Origin: an uncultured bacterium
Lineage (GTDB): Bacteria; Auribacterota; JAFGBW01
Length of the DNA: 64,000 nt
Assembly (NCBI GenBank): GCA_964443875.1
Contig: CAYUET010000012.1
Span: 12,778-76,777 of the forward strand
Direction of reading: 5' to 3'
The notes beneath the pieces are model-generated. The model saw only the letters and a program-made list of their open reading frames with translations, was not told the origin of the DNA and did no database searches. Positions within the stretch are counted from its first letter, which is position 1; each line of letters opens with the position of its first letter. This document shows, piece after piece, positions 46,205 through 55,402 of this stretch. The translations under genes and the position numbers were made by a program.

Positions 46205-47986
46205 TTAACCTGAAATTGCGATCTGGAAGGCAGTCAACTGGATCTGTTTTTCACCGCTGAGATTTCTGTTTTTTTCAAAGAAAACAACGGCCTCTGCAAG
46301 AGCTGTTTTATATTTTTCCTGGAATTTTTCAGGATTCGAATCATAAAGAATTTTTGCCGTATGAACATTCATTTCCACGCGCTGGCCTTCCCTGAGAGGA
46401 TCTGAAGACTGGTATTCCGGATCGTTCATGGAAGGGCCAAAAATTTTCCAGAAACTATTTTGGCCATAAAGGGGGAATTTTTTCTGTCCTATTTCTAAGG
46501 CCGTGTCATTATCAGCAAGATTCAGACGAAGGTTTTCAGGGGCGTATTTGTTGTAACTGCGGATGTATTGAACCAGCCCTTTTTCTCTGCTGAATATTTT
46601 TTTATCAAAATTATTGGCGATAAAATCTTTATGAATTTTTTCAAAATCTCTGAGCATGGCTCTGTAGCGGTATGCTTTTTCAGAGGAGAGTGTAACAGTT
46701 GTCCCGTCAGGCGCAGTAAGGGAAAGATGCTCTGGTTGCAGGGTAATATGATCAGCTTCCAGAGTAGTTCCAAAATCCCCGAAGTCGTTTACCCATTTGA
46801 CTGAAACCGGGGTCCCCGCTTCCTGGGAGAGGGTAAAGTTTTCCAGATGCATGTCTCTTCTGCCGATCAGATCAAGGCCTCCGTTCATTCTTCCTACCAG
46901 ATCAAAGGTTTTATTGAAGATATCCTCTTTAATATCAACATCCGATTGATAGTAACCTCTGGCCTGCTCTTTTATTGAGCTGTAGATATCATTTCGTATA
47001 AAATAAACCAGACGGTCTGAGGATTTCGAATAGCGGGTGACAATGACGTTTACATCATCCTTGACCGTCTCCCCGTATAATTTTCCATCAAAGGAAAGCT
47101 TGTCCATGAGCACCACTTCCGTTACGGTATTATCCGGATACTGATTCTGATATTGCTGAGCATAGTCAAAATCTTCAGTATCAATAGTTCTTTTCGATTC
47201 AATTTCCCCGGGCATCTTGATCTCAATCGCTGAGCGGTAATCGATTTTTTTTGTCTGGGCATCCATTTTAAACAGAATGTGTCTTCTGAAGGACCCGCTT
47301 AAAGGGGTTGTAAAAATTCCATTTCCCAGAGAGAGATAAATCTGATGATCAACTGCATATTGAATCCTGTCGTTCAGCTGTCCCTTGTTGGTCTGGTCTT
47401 TACTGAATAATTCAGTATCAGAAGGGGTGGCTTTATAATCCAGTTTTAACCTTGACTGGGTCAAAAGTTCCATTAATTTGGATAAGTTTTTATTGTTTTG
47501 AATAAGGGAAACCATTTCGGGATAGTCTTTGGTAAAAAGGCTCAATTGCTTTTCATCACTTTTTAAAGGTGTTTCATTTTTTTCTGATTCCCAGAATCCC
47601 TTCCATAAGTTTTGAACGTCCTTGCGTAATCCGTTTACATAGGTTTTTCCTGAAAGCTGTGCTAAAGCTCTTTCTAATTCTGTAAGCTCCTCAATCCCCT
47701 GAAAAGTATCGCCTCTGGTAAAAAGGCTTTTAATTTTCTGAAAGCGGTTGGAAAGAGAATATAAGGAGATGGGGGAAAGGTGAGTTGTTGATATTTCACC
47801 GTGAGAGGGTGGCGTGTTCAAAGCCAGTGTCTTCTCTGCTGATTGGGTGTAAGTCATTAGAAGTATGCAGGATAAAACACTGCAAAAAATCAAAGAAACT
47901 CTGTTTTTTTTCTGAGAAGGCATTCTGTTTACCTTTAATAGTTTAACTAATGGTAGATTAATACCATTTTCCCAGGGGGAAATCAA
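46205..47986 (-). CDS. hypothetical secreted protein (~570 aa)
   Basis: Signal-like segment after an internal Met (MPSQKKNRVSLIFCSVLSCILLMTYTQSA). The probable start is 47923. No recognisable domain. Confidence 0.4.
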   Translation of the reverse strand: MISPWENGINLPLVKLLKVNRMPSQKKNRVSLIFCSVLSCILLMTYTQSAEKTLALNTPPSHGEISTTHLSPISLYSLSNRFQKIKSLFTRGDTFQGIEELTELERALAQLSGKTYVNGLRKDVQNLWKGFWESEKNETPLKSDEKQLSLFTKDYPEMVSLIQNNKNLSKLMELLTQSRLKLDYKATPSDTELFSKDQTNKGQLNDRIQYAVDHQIYLSLGNGIFTTPLSGSFRRHILFKMDAQTKKIDYRSAIEIKMPGEIESKRTIDTEDFDYAQQYQNQYPDNTVTEVVLMDKLSFDGKLYGETVKDDVNVIVTRYSKSSDRLVYFIRNDIYSSIKEQARGYYQSDVDIKEDIFNKTFDLVGRMNGGLDLIGRRDMHLENFTLSQEAGTPVSVKWVNDFGDFGTTLEADHITLQPEHLSLTAPDGTTVTLSSEKAYRYRAMLRDFEKIHKDFIANNFDKKIFSREKGLVQYIRSYNKYAPENLRLNLADNDTALEIGQKKFPLYGQNSFWKIFGPSMNDPEYQSSDPLREGQRVEMNVHTAKILYDSNPEKFQEKYKTALAEAVVFFEKNRNLSGEKQIQLTAFQIAISG

Positions 47987-48246
47987 GGTGCCCCGGGCTT
48001 TTTTATTAACAGTAAAACAGGGATTTTTAATACCTCCTGATTGTTTTTAAAAAATGTATTTTATTTGTATTAAAATTGTTATGGCTAAATGGAACTTTAA
48101 ATCGGATTTATACGTCTAATTTATGAAAAATGAAAGAATTGGGGGGATGGAAGATTGAAATTTTCTAATGAGGTTTTGATTCTTCTTTAACTCCCTTTAT
48201 TATAATTTACTTTGAAATATGGGAGACTGACAAAGGAGTTTTTATT

Positions 48247-48729
48247 ATGAAGAAAAAAATAAATATTATGGCAATAACAGTCTTTCTGGCAGCGGGCTTT
48301 TCAACTTCTTCCTATGCAGGAGACAGAGACTGGGCCAGAGCAGGTAAAGTTTTAACAGGAATCGCAGGGGTTGCCCTTTTAGCCGATGCTATCGTTTCTC
48401 CTGTGGATTTTTATCCGGGTCATCAGGGATATCGTCATTATAAAAGACATTATAGACCGCATTATTATCCTCCACCTGTTGTGGTGATAAGGGAAGAATA
48501 CCGGCCTTTTGGTTCCCGCTGGGTTGAGGGGCATTATGTCCAATATGAGGAAAGAATCTGGATCCCCGGGGAAACCCGTAAAATTTGGATTGAGCCGATT
48601 TACACCTGGGAAAGACATCGCGGCAGAACTATAAGGGTTTACCATGAAGGATATTATCGTTATGAAAAAATGCCCGGGCGCTATGATATCTGCCTGAAGG
48701 AACGTTGGGTTGAGGGACACTGGGAGTAA
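48247..48729 (+). CDS. hypothetical secreted protein, His/Tyr/Arg/Trp-rich with internal RWVEGHY/RWVEGHW repeat
   Basis: Signal peptide MKKKINIMAITVFLAAGFSTSSYA. Composition is dominated by aromatic and basic residues. Confidence 0.4.
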   Translation: MKKKINIMAITVFLAAGFSTSSYAGDRDWARAGKVLTGIAGVALLADAIVSPVDFYPGHQGYRHYKRHYRPHYYPPPVVVIREEYRPFGSRWVEGHYVQYEERIWIPGETRKIWIEPIYTWERHRGRTIRVYHEGYYRYEKMPGRYDICLKERWVEGHWE

Positions 48730-48886
48730 AGAAGCCTTGTTTTATAGTTTATCTGAAGGGACTATTTGTATCCCAGAAGCTTCCAGCGAAACAGGATTCG
48801 CTGCATGCTTGAAACAAAGTTGATCTGAGTCTGAGCTTGCCGGGCATACTTAAACCGAACATTTGAAATGAAGTGTGAAATTCGGG

Positions 48887-50488
48887 TTAAGGGTTCTGCA
48901 GGATTCCTGTCTTAAGTATTTCACTTTCCCACAGAATGTTTTTTGATCCTTTTCGCAGGAGCAGGGAATAATTCTGATTCGGCCAGCGTATGCGCACATA
49001 ATCATTTTTCATGGCCTTGAAGGCCTCTGCAGGACTCTGATCAAAGATCCAGAAGGTCGCAATGATATCTGGTTTTAAGGTCTGAATGGAGTATTCATAA
49101 TCCCATTTCATATGGCCTGGGTAGAAGCGGTGCAGGGGATCTGTTGTCTCTGAAAAAATACGGGCAGTAAGTCTGGCGATTTTTGTATCGTTTTTTCCGA
49201 GAAAATCAATGCACTCCCGTTTGAGAAAATAGGGAAGCACGCCGGCTCTGCTTACTCCGACTTTTGCCTGTGGGCCAGTGATCATATCGATGAGAAGGGC
49301 GTATTCCGCCTGTTTTTTGTTTGCGGCCGTTTCATAGGGAGGGATTAAAAAAAAGAATTCTTTTAAGGCTTCGGGGTGAAAGGCATTGATGCGGATAAGG
49401 AGCAGGAGGATTGTCATTCCTTTAAACAATTTCTTTAATTTTTTAAAACGGCCGAGTTTTTCAATAAGATCTGAAATTGCAAAGATAAGGCCCACAAAAA
49501 TGACCGGGATAACCGGAAGAATATAGCGGTTGGCATCCCCTCTTTCCCAGGCATCTCCGCCGACATAGACGCTGTATGCCAGCTGTCCGAAAATCAGAAA
49601 GAGTCCCAGGTGCCCTTTTTTTCCTCCTCTCAGAAATAACCATAAAAGAGAGATAAAAAAAAGAAGGAGGTTAAAATTCATAATGAATTGGCATAAAACA
49701 TAAAAGCCGCGTGTGAGCCTTAAGGTGAAAGCGACGCCTGTCACTTTTAGATAATAGGTGTTGGGTAAAAATTCTCCGTAATAAAAATACCGGGCAAGGG
49801 TTTGTCCGCCGATAAAGAGGATAAGCACAAGGACAGAGGTTTTCAGATGAGTCTTCCAGTGTTCTGAATCCGTTAAAAGATTAAAAAGGACCAGGGAAAG
49901 AAAAGGGATCAGCACATCAAAACGGATAAGAGTGCCAATACCTAGTATCCAGTAGGGAAGAGAATTGAACCGGGGGCTGCTGTTTTTTATGGACATGAAA
50001 TAAGCCAGAAGAACGCATAGAGTTACAGCGCCGGTTTCCATTCCACCAAGAGTCCAGTAAATAAAGGGATAATAAAAGGCAGTGAGAAGAAAAGCCCCGC
50101 CTTTGATAAACAGGTTGTCTGGGCGAAAAAGGGAGGAAAGATAAAACGCCGTTAAACTGCTTAATAAAAGAAGCAGAAGCCCCGAGAGTTGAACGGCAAG
50201 AGAGGTTTTAAATACGGAAAGGGGAAACAGGTGGAATAGAGCCATAAGACAGGCCCAGAGAGGATTGGTCATTCCTTCCACTTTCTGAAAAGCATTCCAG
50301 ACAAGACCGTTGCCCTGCACCAGGTTGTCTGCATAGCGCATGGAAATCATGGCATCATCAAAGAGACAGAAAACCCGTTCATTCCCGAGAAGAAAGCTGG
50401 TCTGCCCCATGAAAAAAATTCCATAACAGGCCGCAAGACCCGTAAGAGAAAAAAGCAGCGTTCTTTCTGTGTTTTTAAAAAAAGACAT
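48887..50488 (-). CDS. polytopic membrane protein, possibly a GT-C-fold glycosyltransferase
   Basis: At least 11 predicted TM helices. The first extracytoplasmic loop carries LFDDAMISMRYA, a DD motif positioned as in ArnT/PMT-type GT-C enzymes. Confidence 0.35.
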   Translation of the reverse strand: MSFFKNTERTLLFSLTGLAACYGIFFMGQTSFLLGNERVFCLFDDAMISMRYADNLVQGNGLVWNAFQKVEGMTNPLWACLMALFHLFPLSVFKTSLAVQLSGLLLLLLSSLTAFYLSSLFRPDNLFIKGGAFLLTAFYYPFIYWTLGGMETGAVTLCVLLAYFMSIKNSSPRFNSLPYWILGIGTLIRFDVLIPFLSLVLFNLLTDSEHWKTHLKTSVLVLILFIGGQTLARYFYYGEFLPNTYYLKVTGVAFTLRLTRGFYVLCQFIMNFNLLLFFISLLWLFLRGGKKGHLGLFLIFGQLAYSVYVGGDAWERGDANRYILPVIPVIFVGLIFAISDLIEKLGRFKKLKKLFKGMTILLLLIRINAFHPEALKEFFFLIPPYETAANKKQAEYALLIDMITGPQAKVGVSRAGVLPYFLKRECIDFLGKNDTKIARLTARIFSETTDPLHRFYPGHMKWDYEYSIQTLKPDIIATFWIFDQSPAEAFKAMKNDYVRIRWPNQNYSLLLRKGSKNILWESEILKTGILQNP

Positions 50489-50514
50489 TCATCCCTGAAG
50501 AATAAAGAGGGCTT

Positions 50515-51492
50515 TTACAGAATGGCAGATAATTTAACTCCTGAAGTCTTGAGAATTCTTGCCAGGGCTGTGAGTTGACCATAGGCTAAAACTTTTTGAA
50601 TCCGTGAATCTTTGGAATAATAGTCAGCATTTTTTGCAATATGTGCGGAGTTTTCCTCAAAGGCTTTTGAGAAATTTCCTGAGGCGATCCGGTTATAATC
50701 GGGTAAATACTCTGTTTTATTCTGGGATTCCAGAAGGGGTATCATGGTGATGTCCATGTTGGCATTTTTGGGCGTGACCATATTATTTATGACCTGAAAC
50801 TCAAACTGACTGAAATTAAAATAAACCGCATAAATTCCTGCAGTCTGATCATCTCTTTTGGGAACAAAACCATCAGGAAAGGCACTGTAACGGATCCATG
50901 CCTGACAGGCAAAAGCGATACAGCCCAGAAAATGGTCGGAAAGTTTCAGGAAAACGCTAACCAGGCTTCCTTCCGGAAGGCCGCCGTAAATGAGATCTTT
51001 TTCCCCAAGAGAAACCCCCATAAGATCCTCTTTGTCCACGGCATTAAAAATTTCTTTCATTTCAGCAGGGGTCAGAGAATTTTCCCAGATTAAAGTTTTA
51101 TTAAGAAGAAAGGCGTTTTTTTCAGGGATGTACTGAATGTGATTAATGGCCGGAATCCCCAGTGCAGGGCCTTCAAGAGTAATCCCGCCGGGAATGCTTT
51201 TGTATTTATCCACAATCTGTTTTATGTTTTCAACAGTAGGGCGTACATATTGGGCTTTCAAATAAGGGCCGGCATAGGTTTTGACAGAAACAGATTCCTG
51301 CTGTACAGAGGGTTTTTGAATTTCAACAGGAATTTTAAAGGTTTCCATTACAGCGGGGGCTTTTTTTAGGAAGAGATAATCGGTTGTGTAGGATCTTGAA
51401 TCATCAGCCATTGGCATCTGCATGACAGCACCAAAAGTCTGAAAAGGGATTAATGCACTGACAAATAGCGCCATCAATTTGGATTTTCTCAT
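50515..51492 (-). CDS. hypothetical secreted protein
   Basis: Signal peptide MRKSKLMALFVSALIPFQTFGAV. No recognisable motif. 325 aa. Confidence 0.4.
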   Translation of the reverse strand: MRKSKLMALFVSALIPFQTFGAVMQMPMADDSRSYTTDYLFLKKAPAVMETFKIPVEIQKPSVQQESVSVKTYAGPYLKAQYVRPTVENIKQIVDKYKSIPGGITLEGPALGIPAINHIQYIPEKNAFLLNKTLIWENSLTPAEMKEIFNAVDKEDLMGVSLGEKDLIYGGLPEGSLVSVFLKLSDHFLGCIAFACQAWIRYSAFPDGFVPKRDDQTAGIYAVYFNFSQFEFQVINNMVTPKNANMDITMIPLLESQNKTEYLPDYNRIASGNFSKAFEENSAHIAKNADYYSKDSRIQKVLAYGQLTALARILKTSGVKLSAIL

Positions 51493-51571
51493 GGGGTAAC
51501 TCCTTTTTGGGTGGATTCAAAGCCTAATATACTATATAAAATTAATAAAATAAACGTTTATTTTAATATCC

Positions 51572-53110
51572 ATGAAAACATATTACATACTTTTTGTTCT
51601 TTTTTTTACAACCTTTGTTCTTCCGCGGGGTTATGCGCAGGATTATTCATTTTCAGAAATAATTTCCGGCACAGAGATGATCATAAGATCCCCGAATGAA
51701 AAGGTTTTGAAATTGATGAATCTTCCGGGAAGGAGAATTCAGCTTGCCGCCTTCTTATTTCATTTTAAGGGAGTTCTGGAGGAAATGGAGAATAAAAGGA
51801 TAACCGGGCAGAAATTGGAGTTGTTGTTTGGGGATGATCCTTCCAAGCTTTGGAATTCGGTCACCGTGTTGATTCTTACCGAGACTCCGCAGAAATATTT
51901 TATTAAAAATCTCATTTACGGGGAGTCCCCTATTCAGAATGAACCCCGGATCATTAGTTTTGATGTGGAAAATGAAATTCCTGAGATTAAAGCCCTTCAG
52001 ATTTATCATGTAAAAAATATGGCTTTTGATTCCAGGGAAAATCTGCTGAAAAGAATTGTGCTTCACGGAGAGCGTTATCTGTTTCCGGAATATCTGAAAA
52101 ATGAGGAACGCTTTCTGGAAGGAAAAATGATCGAATACAGGGATTATCGGATTAAAGGATGTGCTCAGGGATTTATCTATAAAACTTTTATTCTGGCAAA
52201 CCGGGGAACCCTGCTTGTCACCGCTGAAAAAGAATCGGAAGGAAGATTGTACCATGAGAACGGTAATCTGGCCCAGGAAACGGTGAGGGAAACCCAGTAC
52301 AGTTATCAGAGTTTACCCTCCAGAAGCACCTATTATAATGTGGAATTCAATGAGGCAGGGGCAATAAAATCCTTTGATCTTTTTCCGGCTGCTAATCCTG
52401 AAAATCCGGTTTCTGTGCCTGCAAACGGCGAGTGTACCCGCGTGGAGCTCTATGACTTTATCGGCACGGTTCCTCTGAACGAACTTCGGCTTTACTATAC
52501 CTTTTTGGACGGCAAAAAAATCTATCATTCCGGGAGGTGGATTGAAACCCGTTTGAGGAAAGATTTTATGATTACCTCCACCCGTCATACGGAATTCACT
52601 ATACTTCCGGGAAAAACCGGAAGGGATTCTGCGGACAGAATACTTACTTCAAAGGTTTATATTTTTAACAGGGAATATAATTTCAGAGAGATGCCTGTGA
52701 CCAAAAGAATTATCAAAAGCACTTTTAAGAATAATCAGGAAACTCTCGAATCCTTAAGAGAAATTCATTTTGAATATGATTTGAGTCAGGCCACTGAAAC
52801 GGTTTCTGTAGATTTTTTAAAACCGGATACGGACGGGGAATTCATATCTCTAAGACATGTTGCCCTGGAGGTCATGGAGTATCATCCCTCCAAAGAACCT
52901 AAAAAGGTAAAATTGAAAATCAGGTCAGGAAACCAGGGGGAGGACTTTGAACAGATTATTTATCAGGACTGTACTTATCTGATGGATGAAATGATTTACG
53001 GAAGTGTCTTTATTCCTCCTCTTTCAGAGATCGCTGCCCCCTTTATCATTACAAACGTGGAGGACGACGGAAATGTTGAAATTCAAGGCCCGTCCCTATC
53101 CGTTACGTAA
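51572..53110 (+). CDS. hypothetical secreted protein
   Basis: Signal peptide MKTYYILFVLFFTTFVLPRGYAQ. 512 aa. No recognisable motif. Confidence 0.4.
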   Translation: MKTYYILFVLFFTTFVLPRGYAQDYSFSEIISGTEMIIRSPNEKVLKLMNLPGRRIQLAAFLFHFKGVLEEMENKRITGQKLELLFGDDPSKLWNSVTVLILTETPQKYFIKNLIYGESPIQNEPRIISFDVENEIPEIKALQIYHVKNMAFDSRENLLKRIVLHGERYLFPEYLKNEERFLEGKMIEYRDYRIKGCAQGFIYKTFILANRGTLLVTAEKESEGRLYHENGNLAQETVRETQYSYQSLPSRSTYYNVEFNEAGAIKSFDLFPAANPENPVSVPANGECTRVELYDFIGTVPLNELRLYYTFLDGKKIYHSGRWIETRLRKDFMITSTRHTEFTILPGKTGRDSADRILTSKVYIFNREYNFREMPVTKRIIKSTFKNNQETLESLREIHFEYDLSQATETVSVDFLKPDTDGEFISLRHVALEVMEYHPSKEPKKVKLKIRSGNQGEDFEQIIYQDCTYLMDEMIYGSVFIPPLSEIAAPFIITNVEDDGNVEIQGPSLSVT

Positions 53111-54211
53111 GCTTATTTTTGTCTGAGGGCCGATCCCCATTCCGTTCTCCCGTTTTTCAGGATGAAGAATTTCAAGACATTTCCCGCGTTCAAGTGAAAA
53201 AAAGGTTTTTACTGCGGGAAAGGACTCCCCTTTTTTGGCAGAAAGAGTTGTTTTTCCTTCAGGTCCGCAAAGAATGAGACGTGTTCTTCCGGCTTTATTG
53301 TGCATGGGATAGGAAATGACCCGGTAGAGGGGAGTTAGGGGAGCAGCAGGTTCCCCCCATTTCTTTTTCAGGATAAAAAAAGTCATTTTAACAGTCTGTT
53401 TTGTGACTCCGCTGCAGAGTGCGATTTTTTTTAAAAGCGGAGGAGGATCCCAGGAAAAATAGCTGTAACAGACCCCTTCTGTCATGCCGAGAGCAGGGCA
53501 GGCGTTTTGGTGCAGGCAGGGGGCCAGGATTTCCCATCCCTGGGAGAGCAGTGAATCCCGAAGTAAAATCAGGTCGTGACTGGTTTCGTGAAGAGCGGGT
53601 TCAACAAGAATAAAATATCCTCTGTCTGCGAGGAAGGCCTGGAGTGCGTTTAGGAGGGATAATCTTTTTTGAATACGGTCAGGGCTTTTCCCCCATAATT
53701 CATTTAAGAGATGGCTGAGGACAATACAGTCATAGGGAGGATCAGAGAAGGTGATGCTTTTTGTCGCGTCCCATTTTAAGGTCGAAACAGGGCTTTCAGT
53801 CTCTCCTGCGATTTTTTTTATCCAGTCAAGGGCCAGAGAGGAATAATCCGCGGCAAGAACAGATTTTGCGCCGGAATCACAAAGAGCAAAGCTGAAGGGG
53901 CCCGGTCCAGAGCCTAGATCCAGGGCTCTTTGCGGAACAAAAGGAAGAAAATTTAAAATATAGCGGGCCTGGGCATAGCTTACAGGCCAGAAGTAATAAA
54001 GATAAGCGTTCAGCAGATCCGGCTGGTTTAAATATTTGTCAGGTGAAAACCCAATCCTGTCATTGAAATTTTTGGAGAGGGAGAGGACAGTATGTGCGAT
54101 CTTTTTGATTTCATGATCCGGAAGGGAAGGCAGAGACCTGCCGGAGTTTTTGATTTTTTGGAAAATTTGAAAATAGGTTTGAAGGGAGGAAAGAGAATTT
54201 GTTTTATTCAT
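53096..54211 (-). CDS. class I SAM-dependent methyltransferase, Rsm22-like (putative rRNA methyltransferase)
   Basis: Motif I ALDLGSGPGPFSFAL and the conserved N-terminal YL..AYL.YFWPVSYA region of Rsm22/COG5459. A Cys-rich C-terminal region is present. Confidence 0.5.
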   Translation of the reverse strand: MNKTNSLSSLQTYFQIFQKIKNSGRSLPSLPDHEIKKIAHTVLSLSKNFNDRIGFSPDKYLNQPDLLNAYLYYFWPVSYAQARYILNFLPFVPQRALDLGSGPGPFSFALCDSGAKSVLAADYSSLALDWIKKIAGETESPVSTLKWDATKSITFSDPPYDCIVLSHLLNELWGKSPDRIQKRLSLLNALQAFLADRGYFILVEPALHETSHDLILLRDSLLSQGWEILAPCLHQNACPALGMTEGVCYSYFSWDPPPLLKKIALCSGVTKQTVKMTFFILKKKWGEPAAPLTPLYRVISYPMHNKAGRTRLILCGPEGKTTLSAKKGESFPAVKTFFSLERGKCLEILHPEKRENGMGIGPQTKISLRNG

Positions 54212-54307
54212 AAGGAAAAATTTATTAATAAGTTACCGTGCTCCGTATTATGGGAACCCGGTGGTTTTTTAAAATCTCGCAGTTTTAATGTTTTTTATGA
54301 GGAAAAA

Positions 54308-55369
54308 CTATCGGCCAGCGGAGATCTTCTTTAAAAGATTAGTATAATTTTCAACTTCAGCAGCATTTGAATTTTTGGAATAAAAATCAATCAGATTATT
54401 TATGGTCAAAGCCAAGGAAGGATGATTAGGGCCCAGCTTTTTTTCGCAGATGCTCAGGGATTCCTTTAAAATGGCTTCGGCTTCTTTTTTACCCTGCAGA
54501 TTATAGAGACTTCCCAGGTTATTAAGGGATTTTGCGTATTCCAGGGAGTTTTTACCCGGATTGGTTGCTTTTATTTTAGCGGACAATCTGAAATAGGACT
54601 CCGCATCCTGGAGATTCCCTTTCATCTGGCTCAGCAACCCCAGATAATCATAGGAAAAAGCAATTTTTTTGGATTCCTTATTTTTATCATAGATGCCGAA
54701 AGATCTTAAAAAAGCCTCCTCAGCTTTTTTATAATTCTTCAGATTAAAGTGAAATTTACCGATAGAAAAATAAACATCAGCAGTGGGATTACTCTCTTCC
54801 CCGTTTTTCCCCTTGGAAATTTTAAGGGCTTTTTCATAGCTTTCAAGCGCTTTTTCCTCTTTTCCGAAACTTTGATAAAACGTTCCAAGATCCAGATAAA
54901 GAGAAATGGTTTCAGGATGATCAGCTCCCATATTGATTTTTTTAATTTCAATGGCCTTTAATAAATACTTTTCCCCGTCATTGAAATTTTTCAGACTCTG
55001 GCAGATTTCTGAAAGGGATTTATACATGCTGACAAATAAGGGATCATTGGGGGAGGCAATTTTGGTTTTACAATCTGCGGCCAGTTTAATGATGGTCAGG
55101 GCTTCTTGATATTGCCCGGACTGTTTACAGAGAATTCCCTGATTGACAAGGAATACAACCGCATCCGCTGAAACCATCTGATTATTCTGAAAGGAGGTCT
55201 GAATTTGGTTCACATAAGGCGCCCCCAGGGCACAGGCTTTTTGGACTTGCCCGTTTTTAAAGAGCTGAATCATTCTTTGATTCAGCTCAATCCAGCTGAT
55301 TTCTTCACAAAAAAGTCCTGCTCCTGTAAAGAAGAGCAGAAAAAGACACCCTAATGATTTGTACAACAT
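54308..55369 (-). CDS. secreted TPR-repeat protein (paralog of 60066..61124)
   Basis: Signal peptide and 7-8 TPR_10/12-like repeats (e.g. AESYFRLSAKIKATNPGKNSLEYAKSLNNLGSLY). 33 nt downstream of the TonB-dependent receptor gene on the same strand. Confidence 0.7.
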   Translation of the reverse strand: MLYKSLGCLFLLFFTGAGLFCEEISWIELNQRMIQLFKNGQVQKACALGAPYVNQIQTSFQNNQMVSADAVVFLVNQGILCKQSGQYQEALTIIKLAADCKTKIASPNDPLFVSMYKSLSEICQSLKNFNDGEKYLLKAIEIKKINMGADHPETISLYLDLGTFYQSFGKEEKALESYEKALKISKGKNGEESNPTADVYFSIGKFHFNLKNYKKAEEAFLRSFGIYDKNKESKKIAFSYDYLGLLSQMKGNLQDAESYFRLSAKIKATNPGKNSLEYAKSLNNLGSLYNLQGKKEAEAILKESLSICEKKLGPNHPSLALTINNLIDFYSKNSNAAEVENYTNLLKKISAGR

Positions 55370-55402
55370 TTTGTTCCTTCAGATCTTTTATATGACCTAA
55401 TT

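Noticed and set aside
47987-48246. gccccgggc + T-run as a terminator downstream of the 46205..47986 gene region
   Set aside because: CCCGGG is a self-complementary hexamer with no loop. It is not a credible stem-loop.
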